A DNA stretch of 64,000 nt from an uncultured bacterium (lineage in GTDB: Bacteria > Verrucomicrobiota > Lentisphaeria > Victivallales > UBA1829). The DNA lies in contig URKJ01000002.1 in the NCBI GenBank assembly GCA_900548385.1, positions 36,212 through 100,211 on the forward strand, written 5' to 3'. The position numbers and the translations under genes are program-made. Within the stretch, counting starts at the first letter, position 1; each line of letters starts with the position of its first letter. The notes under the pieces are model-generated. The model was given only the letters and a program-made list of their open reading frames with translations. It was not told the DNA's origin and did not search any database. Shown here piece by piece: positions 44,364 through 52,994 of the stretch.

Positions 44364-47300
44364 ATGAAACACCAGCTCAAATGGTATTCCCTCCTGCTTC
44401 CGCTCTGTCTGTGTGCGGCGGAGCCCGTACTCTACATGCCGCTGGATGACTCTGCGGATGTCATCGGCCCGAAAGGCGGAAAGATCGCCGCGGGAATCGT
44501 TCACGGACGCACCGGGTATCAGCCAGGCGTAATCGGCAAAGGGCTCGACGTGAAGCGCCACGCCTACGATCAGGCAACCGCGCTGACATTCACCAATATG
44601 CCCGCAATGGATTGCAGCAGCGGAACGGTGTCGTTCTGGTTCAAACCGCACTGGAAAGAGACCGATCCGGAGTCGCATACCATTTTCTCCGCACGCGATG
44701 CAAAATGGAAAGGCTTCCGCTGTTATCTGATCAAAGGGAAAAACGGTACGATCGAACTCAGCGTCTGCTCCCCGAAACAGGTGCAGATCCTGCGGAAGAA
44801 TTTGTTCAAGCAGGGTGAATGGCACCATGTCGCATTCACCTGGGATCAGGCGAAAGGCGAAGCACGCCTGTACGTCAATGGAAAATCCGTCGGGGAACGG
44901 ACCATTCCCGACGCCTATAAAAAATACGATGCTCCGATCAATCTCAATCTTTACTGCGGCTGGGAAAGTACCGACCGTTTCAAAGCAAACGTCGGCAACG
45001 GCGTTTATGATGAGCTCAAGGTATTTGACAAACCGCTGAACCCCTCTGAAATCTTCGTGCTCGCTTCCGGCGGAGCCGGCGACAAACTCTCCCCGCTCTC
45101 CCTCGCCCCGGCGGCCCGCAAGGGAAACAGTCTCGAATTCGCATTTCGCAACGAAGAGAGCCGTCTCCCCGGACCGAAAAAACTCCTGATTCTCAGCGGA
45201 AGCACGCCGGACCGGAAAATCAGCTTTACTGCGATGGGCGCATCGGGCAAACTCTCCATGATCGTGGAATGCGGAGGCAAAACCCGGACCATCGAAACCA
45301 GCTACACGCTGAAACTGGATCAGCCGCACCGGATCGCACTGGAACAGAACGGCAAAACGCTTCTCTTCAAACTGGATGACGCCGTACAGGGAAAAGTGGA
45401 ACTAGCCGAGCCGTTCGGCAGGATCGTCAAGGCGGAAGGTGCGGAAGGCGTTTCCCTGACCGCCCCCGCCGCGCTCCCGTCTAAAGAACAAACGGCACGG
45501 CTCGCCGGAACGGAGGTCCGTCCGGTCGAGCAGCCTCTCTGGGATCTCTCCGATGCCGCCCGCTCTGCAGACGGCGTCCGCCGCGGTGTCTGTCTGAACG
45601 GTATTTGGCGCGTAATCCCCGTCAACGATTACACCTATGCGCCTCCCGCGGGCGACTGGGGCTATATGCGCGTCCCCGGCAGTTTCCGTTCCCCGCTTTA
45701 TCAGATTTACCGCGACAAAGGCGGCAAACTCGTCTCAGCAAACTGGCAATGGAACAAGCGCGGACTGATCGACTACCGCGCGGGATGGTACCAGCGCGTT
45801 TTTGAAGTTCCCGCCGACTTGCGGAACAACGGGCGTCTCTGGCTGAATTTCACCAATCTCAACGGCGATGCCGGACGCGTTTATCTGAACGGCAGGCTGA
45901 TTGATGAATTCCGGCAGGACTTTAAAACGTTCACCGTCGTCCCGAACGCCCGCCGGTTGGATGTTACCGGACTGCTGGCAAAAGACGGAAAAAATGTGCT
46001 GACGCTGTTCATCGACCGCCATTATGTCGGGCTCTGGCAGGGCAAACCGAGTATCGGCGACCACGGGGAAATCGCGCTGGATAACATCTGGCTTGAAAAT
46101 GCGCCGTCGGAAATCGCCCTGAAAGCGGCTGTCGCCCTCCCCTCTTTCCGGAAAAAAGAGGTCCGGATGCGCGCCCGTCTGCAGAATACCGCCGGAAAAA
46201 CCGGTAAAGCCGCAGTCCGTTTCGACTTTCAGCGGAACGGCAGGACAGAACGCTCTTTCCGGAAAGAAATCACTCTCAGCGGCTCACCGGAGCAGCTTGT
46301 CGTCTTCACGGAAAAATGGGCGAATCCCGTGCTTTGGGATGCGGAAAACCCGAATCTTTACCGTATGAGCGTGGCGCTTGAACAGAACGGTCGCGATGCC
46401 GATACTCTTCCGGCAAAAGATTTCGGTTTCCGCGAGGCATGGGTCGAAAACGGCGACTTCCGCATGAACGGTCAGAAACTGCGTCTGCGCATGTGGGCAA
46501 GCCCCGGTCTGAACCGGATGCGGTACTATTACGGCAACCCGAAAGCCATGGGACAGTACGTTGCCCATATCAAAGAAATGAACTATGACACGGTCCGCTT
46601 CGATCCGTTCAGAAAAACGCTTCAGGTCGCATGGCCGGAATATCTTGACGAATCGAACCGTCAGGGGCTCTACAATCTCTTCCAGATGATCCCGTATGAA
46701 GACGAGGAACTGACCGGTTACACCGCCGAAGTCGAACGTTTTCTGGAACATTACGGCAATCATCCGTCGATTCTGATGTGGTACACCGATTTCAACACCT
46801 GCGGTTATCCATGGGATCAGGACCCGGCGAAACTGACGGACACGGACTACATTCCCGTATCCAAGCGCCATGCCCGCGAGCGCGCACAGGTTGCGGAGAA
46901 AGTGATGCGGGCGCTGGATCCGGGACGCGAGCTTTTCCAGCACGCGGGCGGCAACTCCGGAAAAATTTTCACTTCCATGAACTATCAGTCGTTCGGCACT
47001 CCGCTCCAGGAACAGGAAGACTGGCCGAAACAGTGGTCGGAATCGGAACGCAAGCAGCCGCTGATGGTGGTGGAATCGGCGTTCCCGTACCCGATGCAGT
47101 ACTGGCATTTCGACAATGCCAAACTCGGATCGCTCGGAGCGGAACACGCGGCGCGTTACTTCGGCGACTCCGTGTTTGCAAAAGAAGTCCGTCCAATCCC
47201 GCACGCCCATAACTGGCTCAACTCGCCGTATGCGAACTGGAATGCCAACATTCTCGATCTCTCCGCGATGCTCTACAGGCACGTCGTGAAAGCGTGGCGC

Positions 47301-49688
47301 GCCTACGACATGTCCGCTCTCGGCGATTTTCCGGGTGAACGCGACCTGATCCGCACCGCCCGCACCTACGATCAGCACAATATGGTCTATGAAGTGGACA
47401 ACAACGTCAAAGCCCCCGGACTCAAGCCCGATATTCCCGTCGGCTGGAGCGAAACGCAGCGTCATCTGCTGACCGACTACTCGCAGCCGGAGGGGCTTCA
47501 TTCCGTGGTCCGCGCCTCGTTTGAACCTCTGCTGATCTTCCTCGGCGGTATGCCGGAAGATTTCACCAACAAGGATCACGCATTCTTCTCCGGCGAAAAA
47601 TTCCGGAAAAGCGTGGTCATCGTCAACGACCGAACCACGAAACAGACGGTTTCCTGCCGCTGGGAGCTTGTTTCGGACGGAAAAATCATTCAGCAGGGCG
47701 AAATCACCGGAAACGCCGATCCCGGCGCCATCCTCAAACTGCCGATCGAACTCACCGCTCCCCAAGTCTGCAAACGCACGGAAGCGGAACTGCGGCTGAC
47801 GGCGCTGAAAGACGATGTGCTCGTCAAAGAGGACAGTTTTGCTCTCCAGTTCTTCCCGAAACGGGTCCGCCCGGACTTCCGCGATGTCGCGGCCGGATTG
47901 TATGATCCTGAAGGACGCACCGAAACGATGCTGAAACAGGCGGGCTTTCCGTTCCGCAAGGTCCGGACGCTTGACGATGTCAGACAATGCCGTCTGCTGA
48001 TCATCGGCAGCAATGCGCTGAAAGAAGCAAACCCCGAATTGCTGAAACAGGTGGAACGCGCAGGGTTGATCGAAAGCGGGCTGAAAGTGCTGATCTTTGA
48101 ACAGAAAGCGTGCAATCTCGCCAATTTCGTGTTTGAGTCGCCGAGCTATCGCAATGCCTTTATCCGGCGTCCGGAAAGTCCCTACATTGCGGGACTGAAA
48201 GAAGAGGATTTCAGCAACTGGCGCGGAGCGGCGGATTCGGTCCCCGCGTTTGTTCTCTCAGCGGAAAACAGTCCGCATTACCCGCGCTCCAAATGGAAAT
48301 GCGGAAACGGCGGGATCGTTGCCGGAAACGTAATCCGCAAGCCCAGCTACGGAAATTTCAAAACGATTGTCGACTGCGGATTCAATCTGATGTTCGCCGC
48401 TCTGATGGAACTGCGGAAAGAACACGGACTCGTTCTGTTCTGTCAGCTGGATGTAACCAACCGTTATCTCAAAGACCCGGCCGCAACCCGGCTCGTGGAC
48501 AATCTGCTTTCTGAGATGGGCAAACGGTTCGTTCCGGTCGGGCCTCAGCGTGCCGGCTTCCTCGGCGATGAAAAGAGCGAAGCGATTCTCAAACGCATGG
48601 GCGTGAAATACCGCAAGCTCAATCCCTCCAATCTCTGGACGATCGGCAATGAACAGGTTCTGCTGCTTGGCTCCGACCCGGTCCCGGCGAACCGCCGCGA
48701 AGCACTGAAAAAATATCTGTCGCGCGGCGTCACCGTGATCGCTCTTCCGGGCGCACCGCTGGATGTACTGCCGGGCGGGATGAAGCGCGGAACGCGTTCC
48801 CTGTTCCGCGCCTCGGTCCCGAAAAACGATCCGGTGTTTGCCGGAATCCCCGAAGCGGATCTGTATTTCCGTGAAGCCCGCGATCTGCCCGTGCTGACCG
48901 ACGCTCCGGACTGGACGGTCGCAACCCGGCCCGCCCTGTTCGCCAAACTTGACGCCGTCACCACCGCAACCGTTGTCCTGAACCTCGCACCGGATGCAAT
49001 CGACGGACTCTGGAACCCGGAGAAAGTTGCGCGCGTCTGGTCGGCGATCTTCAGCAATATGAACATCGGGCTCGGCAAGGACCTGAAACTCTTTACGGCG
49101 GCGAAATCGCGTCACAACACGCATCTCTTCCGCTACGGACAGGCGGAACCGCGGAACTGCGGCATCCGTTTTGATCCGCAGAACAACGGCAAACCGTCTG
49201 ATACACAGGGCTTCACGCCCATTCGTTTCGGACTCGCATGGGAAAGTCAGGGACACCAGCAGCAGAATCCGCACTATCAATACCCGGCGAACGCTCCGGC
49301 AAACCTGAAAAAGATGTACGACGGCTACGCCTGGATGCGTGCCACGGTAACGGTTCCCGAATCCTGGAAAGGGCACACGCTCCGTCTCATCGGCGGTCCG
49401 ATCGACGATTGCGACTGGACCTACTGGAACGGCGTCAAAATCGGAGAAACGACCTTTGACAACACCCCGGAGCCTTACAAGGCGAAACGGAATTACCGCA
49501 TTCCCGAAAATCTCGTGAAATTCGGAGCGGAGAATACGCTGATGATCCGTGTATTCGACCGTTGGGGCGATGGCGGCGTCACCGGTCCGCTCCGCGTAAT
49601 CGCCGAAGACGCAAAAGCCTCCGACTCCTGGTCACCCTACGTTGACAATCTGGATTTCTACGATGTCGACGCCTACCATAACTGGTAA
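44364..49688 (+). CDS. Giant secreted LamG/ConA-like + GH2-like multidomain glycosidase (paralogue 2)
   Basis: 1774 aa. Collinear with 24138..29432 along the whole length. Includes an identical stretch, LFQHAGGNSGKIFTSMNYQS.GTPLQEQEDWPKQWSESERKQPLMVVES, and the same C-terminal ...FYDVDAYHNW. Confidence 0.65.
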   Translation: MKHQLKWYSLLLPLCLCAAEPVLYMPLDDSADVIGPKGGKIAAGIVHGRTGYQPGVIGKGLDVKRHAYDQATALTFTNMPAMDCSSGTVSFWFKPHWKETDPESHTIFSARDAKWKGFRCYLIKGKNGTIELSVCSPKQVQILRKNLFKQGEWHHVAFTWDQAKGEARLYVNGKSVGERTIPDAYKKYDAPINLNLYCGWESTDRFKANVGNGVYDELKVFDKPLNPSEIFVLASGGAGDKLSPLSLAPAARKGNSLEFAFRNEESRLPGPKKLLILSGSTPDRKISFTAMGASGKLSMIVECGGKTRTIETSYTLKLDQPHRIALEQNGKTLLFKLDDAVQGKVELAEPFGRIVKAEGAEGVSLTAPAALPSKEQTARLAGTEVRPVEQPLWDLSDAARSADGVRRGVCLNGIWRVIPVNDYTYAPPAGDWGYMRVPGSFRSPLYQIYRDKGGKLVSANWQWNKRGLIDYRAGWYQRVFEVPADLRNNGRLWLNFTNLNGDAGRVYLNGRLIDEFRQDFKTFTVVPNARRLDVTGLLAKDGKNVLTLFIDRHYVGLWQGKPSIGDHGEIALDNIWLENAPSEIALKAAVALPSFRKKEVRMRARLQNTAGKTGKAAVRFDFQRNGRTERSFRKEITLSGSPEQLVVFTEKWANPVLWDAENPNLYRMSVALEQNGRDADTLPAKDFGFREAWVENGDFRMNGQKLRLRMWASPGLNRMRYYYGNPKAMGQYVAHIKEMNYDTVRFDPFRKTLQVAWPEYLDESNRQGLYNLFQMIPYEDEELTGYTAEVERFLEHYGNHPSILMWYTDFNTCGYPWDQDPAKLTDTDYIPVSKRHARERAQVAEKVMRALDPGRELFQHAGGNSGKIFTSMNYQSFGTPLQEQEDWPKQWSESERKQPLMVVESAFPYPMQYWHFDNAKLGSLGAEHAARYFGDSVFAKEVRPIPHAHNWLNSPYANWNANILDLSAMLYRHVVKAWRAYDMSALGDFPGERDLIRTARTYDQHNMVYEVDNNVKAPGLKPDIPVGWSETQRHLLTDYSQPEGLHSVVRASFEPLLIFLGGMPEDFTNKDHAFFSGEKFRKSVVIVNDRTTKQTVSCRWELVSDGKIIQQGEITGNADPGAILKLPIELTAPQVCKRTEAELRLTALKDDVLVKEDSFALQFFPKRVRPDFRDVAAGLYDPEGRTETMLKQAGFPFRKVRTLDDVRQCRLLIIGSNALKEANPELLKQVERAGLIESGLKVLIFEQKACNLANFVFESPSYRNAFIRRPESPYIAGLKEEDFSNWRGAADSVPAFVLSAENSPHYPRSKWKCGNGGIVAGNVIRKPSYGNFKTIVDCGFNLMFAALMELRKEHGLVLFCQLDVTNRYLKDPAATRLVDNLLSEMGKRFVPVGPQRAGFLGDEKSEAILKRMGVKYRKLNPSNLWTIGNEQVLLLGSDPVPANRREALKKYLSRGVTVIALPGAPLDVLPGGMKRGTRSLFRASVPKNDPVFAGIPEADLYFREARDLPVLTDAPDWTVATRPALFAKLDAVTTATVVLNLAPDAIDGLWNPEKVARVWSAIFSNMNIGLGKDLKLFTAAKSRHNTHLFRYGQAEPRNCGIRFDPQNNGKPSDTQGFTPIRFGLAWESQGHQQQNPHYQYPANAPANLKKMYDGYAWMRATVTVPESWKGHTLRLIGGPIDDCDWTYWNGVKIGETTFDNTPEPYKAKRNYRIPENLVKFGAENTLMIRVFDRWGDGGVTGPLRVIAEDAKASDSWSPYVDNLDFYDVDAYHNW

Positions 49689-49769
49689 TATGCGTCTGCG
49701 ATGGCTCTTCTCCGGCTTACAGCATGATTGAGCTTAAAATCCGGCGATTCAGTCAATAAATACGGGAAA

Positions 49770-49845
49770 CGGCCGACATTGGCCCTGATGTTTTGGCAAC
49801 CGGGCTAAAACATCAAGGGAATTCCAATGCCGGCCGCTTTGTTTC
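49770..49845 (+). terminator. Long imperfect hairpin (terminator-like) after giant paralogue 2
   Basis: CGGCCGaCATTGG-CCCTGATGTTTT-[ggcaaccgggct]-AAAACATCaAGGG-aatt-CCAATGcCGGCCG gives about 24 bp of pairing with small bulges. Followed by CTTTGTTTC. Confidence 0.45.
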
Positions 49846-50085
49846 AAACCGATGGAAATTGAAAATTGCCCCCTGCCTGACCTCGCGCCTTCGAGGCGAT
49901 TGCACCGGCAGCCCGACACGGACTCCGAACGATTCGCCTATTGCAGCAATTCTACAGGCAGTCGCTAAAGCGGCTTCCTTTCTATGAAAAAACGGTTGAC
50001 AAACCTCTATTACGATAGCATGGAGTTTCTTTTTTATTTCAGATTGAAAAAAATCTTGCCTAGTGTATATTAAAGCAATATGGTT

Positions 50086-50220
50086 TTTCCATGAAACGGA
50101 AGTCCGGTGAAAATCCGGCGCAGACGCGCTACTGTAACCGATAAATACCGGTCTGAACCACTGTAAAAACGGGAAGATTCAGACATAAAACGGGTCGGAA
50201 GCCAGGAGACGCCATGGAAA
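50086..50220 (+). promoter_or_regulatory. Cobalamin (B12) riboswitch aptamer; expression platform extends to the SD at ~50355
   Basis: P1 TTTCCATG/CATGGAAA encloses GGTGAAAATCCGGCGCAGACGCGCTACTGTAAC, CCACTG...CGGGAAG and the B12-box-like GAAGCCAGGAGACGCC. Downstream, TGCTCC (50324-50329) can pair with the SD GGAGCA (50350-50355). Confidence 0.8.
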
Positions 50221-50360
50221 GACCGAGCATAGCTGTCTCGCGATTAGACGGGTAATGCGGAGGATTCAGGCACTGCGTCTTTACGTGGGGCCGTCTTTTC
50301 GTGTGCTCAATTCCGGGCTGTTGTGCTCCATTTCATTCTTAACTTGAAAGGAGCAGCAGA

Positions 50361-50627
50361 ATGAAGAAACATGTACTTGGATTCCCGAGATTCGGGGTCG
50401 AACGGGAGCTGAAAAAAGCTCTTGAAGCCTTTTGGAAAGGCGAAACATCCGTGGCGCAACTTGAAGAATGCGCTGGAAATATCCGGCAGTACAACTGGAA
50501 TATCCAGAAAGATGCCGGGCTTTCCTTTGTCACAACCGGCGACTTCTCCTGTTATGACCACGTTCTTGACACCTGCGTCATGCTGGACGCAGTTCCTGAA
50601 CGGTTCCGGCGAAGCATTGAAGCCTGA
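50361..50627 (+). pseudogene. metE: Truncated cobalamin-independent methionine synthase (N-terminal ~82 codons only)
   Basis: [30 protein letters not shown]...[39 protein letters not shown] follows the MetE N-terminus (cf. LGFPRVG.RRELKKA.E.YW). Homology ends at ~50606 and a stop follows at 50625-50627. Full-length MetE is several-fold longer. Confidence 0.8.
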
Positions 50628-51039
50628 ATACAAACGATATCAGCATCAGGTTCGCCTCAATGCCGCAAAGCTTGCGGAAGAATTGACGAAACGCGGTTTC
50701 CTGATTGTTTCCGGCGGTACGGACAACCATTTAATGCTGATTGACCTGCGTCCGAAGGAGACAACCGGGAAAGTCGTAGCAAATGCGCTGGATATTGCTG
50801 GAATCACGGTTAATAAGAATATGATTCCGTTTGATCCGGAGAAACCGTTTGTCTCCAGTGGAATCCGTGTCGGCACACCCGCCGTGACCACGCGCGGTAT
50901 GAAGGAAGATGCGATGGTTGCCGTTGCCGATTTCATCGAACGCGGTGTCGCATCCCGTGGGAATGAAACAGCCTTGAAGCAGATTCATGAAGAAGTGCGG
51001 CAATTCATGAAGAATTATCCCATGCCGCAGGTAATCTGA
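50608..51039 (+). pseudogene. glyA: 3' fragment of serine hydroxymethyltransferase (C-terminal ~143 codons)
   Basis: In a different frame from metE: [100 protein letters not shown]... matches the GlyA C-terminal domain. There is no N-terminal PLP domain and no own start. Confidence 0.8.
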
Positions 51040-51045
51040 AAAAAA

Positions 51046-51080
51046 TCCCGGAGAATTTGCGCTCGCATATTTCTCCGGGA
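51046..51080 (+). terminator. Hairpin after the glyA remnant
   Basis: TCCCGGAGAA-14 nt-TTCTCCGGGA, a perfect 10-bp stem. No T-run on the plus strand, so terminator function is uncertain. Confidence 0.3.
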
Positions 51081-51100
51081 AAACAAAAGAGGAGATTGAA

Positions 51101-51361
51101 ATGATTGCATCCATTAATTTTACCAAACCGACATATGATCGGAATATTTTTTCCAGTAAAGACTGCCCGGAATGGGCAAAATGCGCCGTCACCAACAGTG
51201 ACGGAATCGTCTGTTTTATGGACACTATTCCGGACGGTATCAACGAACGGGAACAGGCATGGAGTTTTCCAAACTGGCATTTTGTTCGTTGTTTTTATTC
51301 CTCGCAAAAAGGAAACAGCGATTGGCGGAACAGTCTGCTCATTCGGGAGGCTGGTAAATGA
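51101..51361 (+). CDS. Small hypothetical protein (86 aa)
   Basis: Strong SD AAGAGGAGATTGAAATG. Cys/Trp-containing sequence with no motif I recognise. The stop overlaps the start of the following MFS gene (ATGA). Confidence 0.4.
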   Translation: MIASINFTKPTYDRNIFSSKDCPEWAKCAVTNSDGIVCFMDTIPDGINEREQAWSFPNWHFVRCFYSSQKGNSDWRNSLLIREAGK

Positions 51362-52653
51362 TTTCCCATGCCGACACGCTGCCGGACACCGTGCGGCGGC
51401 GGTTCCGGATTTTCGCATACGCCTCCACTTGGTTCGGCTGTTTCGCCGATGTCATGCTGGAAAGTTCCGCGATCATCATTCTGTATTTTGCCATGCTTGG
51501 AGCAAGCAATACACTGACCATGCTTTCGACCGGACTTTCCGGTATCGTGTCAATGTTCCTGCTGATCCCGGCATCCGGATTTGTTGACAAGCTAGGGCCG
51601 AAGAGAGTTGTCGGAATTTCCTGTTATCTGGCCTGCGCCTCCTATCTTCTGATGGCTTTTGCGCCATTTTTCGGAAAAGCGGCGGCACAATACATTGTAC
51701 TGGCAGGATGTTTTGCATTCTGCGTTTCCAAGCCGCTTTGGACCGCCGCATGGTATCCGATTCTCGGAGACATTCTGCGTCCGTCCGAACGTGGCGATTT
51801 TTTCGGCTTCATGCGCTTCAGCTATTACATCCTGACCGGAGGAATTTTTTGCCTGATCGGAATTTTTATGGGCGCAAAACCTCCGGTATGGTTTCTTCAA
51901 CTGGTAATCGGAGTAACCGGCATTCTGGCATTGGGACGGATTTTCTTCATTTCCAAAATTCGGCTCGGCGAACATGAACTGGGAAAATACGATTTGAAAA
52001 AAGCTTTTTCCACCTCAGTCCGCAATGCCCCGTTGGTCGGACTGTCCGTATATGTCGGTTTTTTAAGCCTTGCATTTGCCGCGATTCTGCCGTTGTCATT
52101 GATCTACCTCAAAAACGGTCTGCACTATGGCGACAACCTGGTGCAGATACTTTCCTCAGTCGGGATCGGCGGAAGTATTTTCGGCTTCTTTTTTTATGGA
52201 AAACTGGTGCGGAAAATCGGGATCCGCAATCTGCAGTTCGGGATTCACGCGGCTTATATTTTCATTCCGCTCTGCCTGTTTTTCTGCGGGGAAAACATTC
52301 CCTGCTTGGTCGTTCCTATCGGTTTTCTGCTTTTTGCAGGGAATTTTGCGTTTGCCTGTTTCGGCTGCGCCATGTCTCAGGAGATTCTGGCGCTTGCCCG
52401 CCCCGGAAACATCACAATGGCGAGTGCGTTTACGCAAACGTATCAGATGATTGGCACGGCCTGCGGACGAACTGTCGCCTCGCTGCTTTTAGGCAACGGT
52501 GTTTTGGCGACAACATGGAAATACTGGAATTTTTCCTGTTCCAAATTTCAGACGATTTTTCTGTTCTGTTCCGGACTGGCACTGTTCTGCCTGATTCTGC
52601 TGTTCTGCCTGCCGAGCGTTGTGCCGGAGCATGACGATTACTATCAGCCGTAA
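51358..52653 (+). CDS. MFS transporter
   Basis: 431 aa. About 12 hydrophobic segments. D-K/R-x-G-P-K-R loop (VDKLGPKRV) after TM2, typical of MFS. Confidence 0.75.
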   Translation: MISHADTLPDTVRRRFRIFAYASTWFGCFADVMLESSAIIILYFAMLGASNTLTMLSTGLSGIVSMFLLIPASGFVDKLGPKRVVGISCYLACASYLLMAFAPFFGKAAAQYIVLAGCFAFCVSKPLWTAAWYPILGDILRPSERGDFFGFMRFSYYILTGGIFCLIGIFMGAKPPVWFLQLVIGVTGILALGRIFFISKIRLGEHELGKYDLKKAFSTSVRNAPLVGLSVYVGFLSLAFAAILPLSLIYLKNGLHYGDNLVQILSSVGIGGSIFGFFFYGKLVRKIGIRNLQFGIHAAYIFIPLCLFFCGENIPCLVVPIGFLLFAGNFAFACFGCAMSQEILALARPGNITMASAFTQTYQMIGTACGRTVASLLLGNGVLATTWKYWNFSCSKFQTIFLFCSGLALFCLILLFCLPSVVPEHDDYYQP

Positions 52654-52857
52654 TCGCCGGGAAATCCACTTCAAGGGGAAAATGAAAATAAACACCAATA
52701 CTTCCAATTCCAATGCAGAGCGTCCGACCGCCGCCTGTCTTTTCCAGAGAAAAGTATTCGCCAACGCGGCAACCGAAAACATGGTGTTGCAATGAATTGA
52801 CCGGGAGGGCAGTCCGGGAGCATTCCAGCGGACCCGTTGATTATGAGGGGAAAACAC

Positions 52858-52934
52858 TGGTCGGAGCAGTGGGATTCGAACCCACGACTTTCTGGTCCCA
52901 AACCAGACGCGCTACCGGGCTGCGCTATGCTCCG
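52858..52934 (-). tRNA. tRNA-Pro (anticodon UGG)
   Basis: Reverse strand reads CGGAGCATAGCGCAGCCCGGTAGCGCGTCTGGTTTGGGACCAGAAAGTCGTGGGTTCGAATCCCACTGCTCCGACCA. Cloverleaf with 7-bp acceptor stem, anticodon stem TCTGG/CCAGA, loop TTTGGGA, GGTTCGAATCC T-arm, and encoded CCA. Confidence 0.9.
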
Positions 52935-52994
52935 ATACAGAATGTGCTACAATATATCCGTTCAAATCCGAAAATCAAGCGGATTTTGTAAATT

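Noticed and set aside
49793-49987. 64-aa ORF between the giant hydrolase and the riboswitch.
   Set aside because: It begins inside the long hairpin element, has no SD, and has no recognisable motifs.
52858-52934. tRNA-Pro as the attachment site of a genomic island covering 49.7-52.9 kb.
   Set aside because: There is no integrase, excisionase or phage/IS gene. I could not find a direct repeat of the tRNA 3' end in the candidate region.
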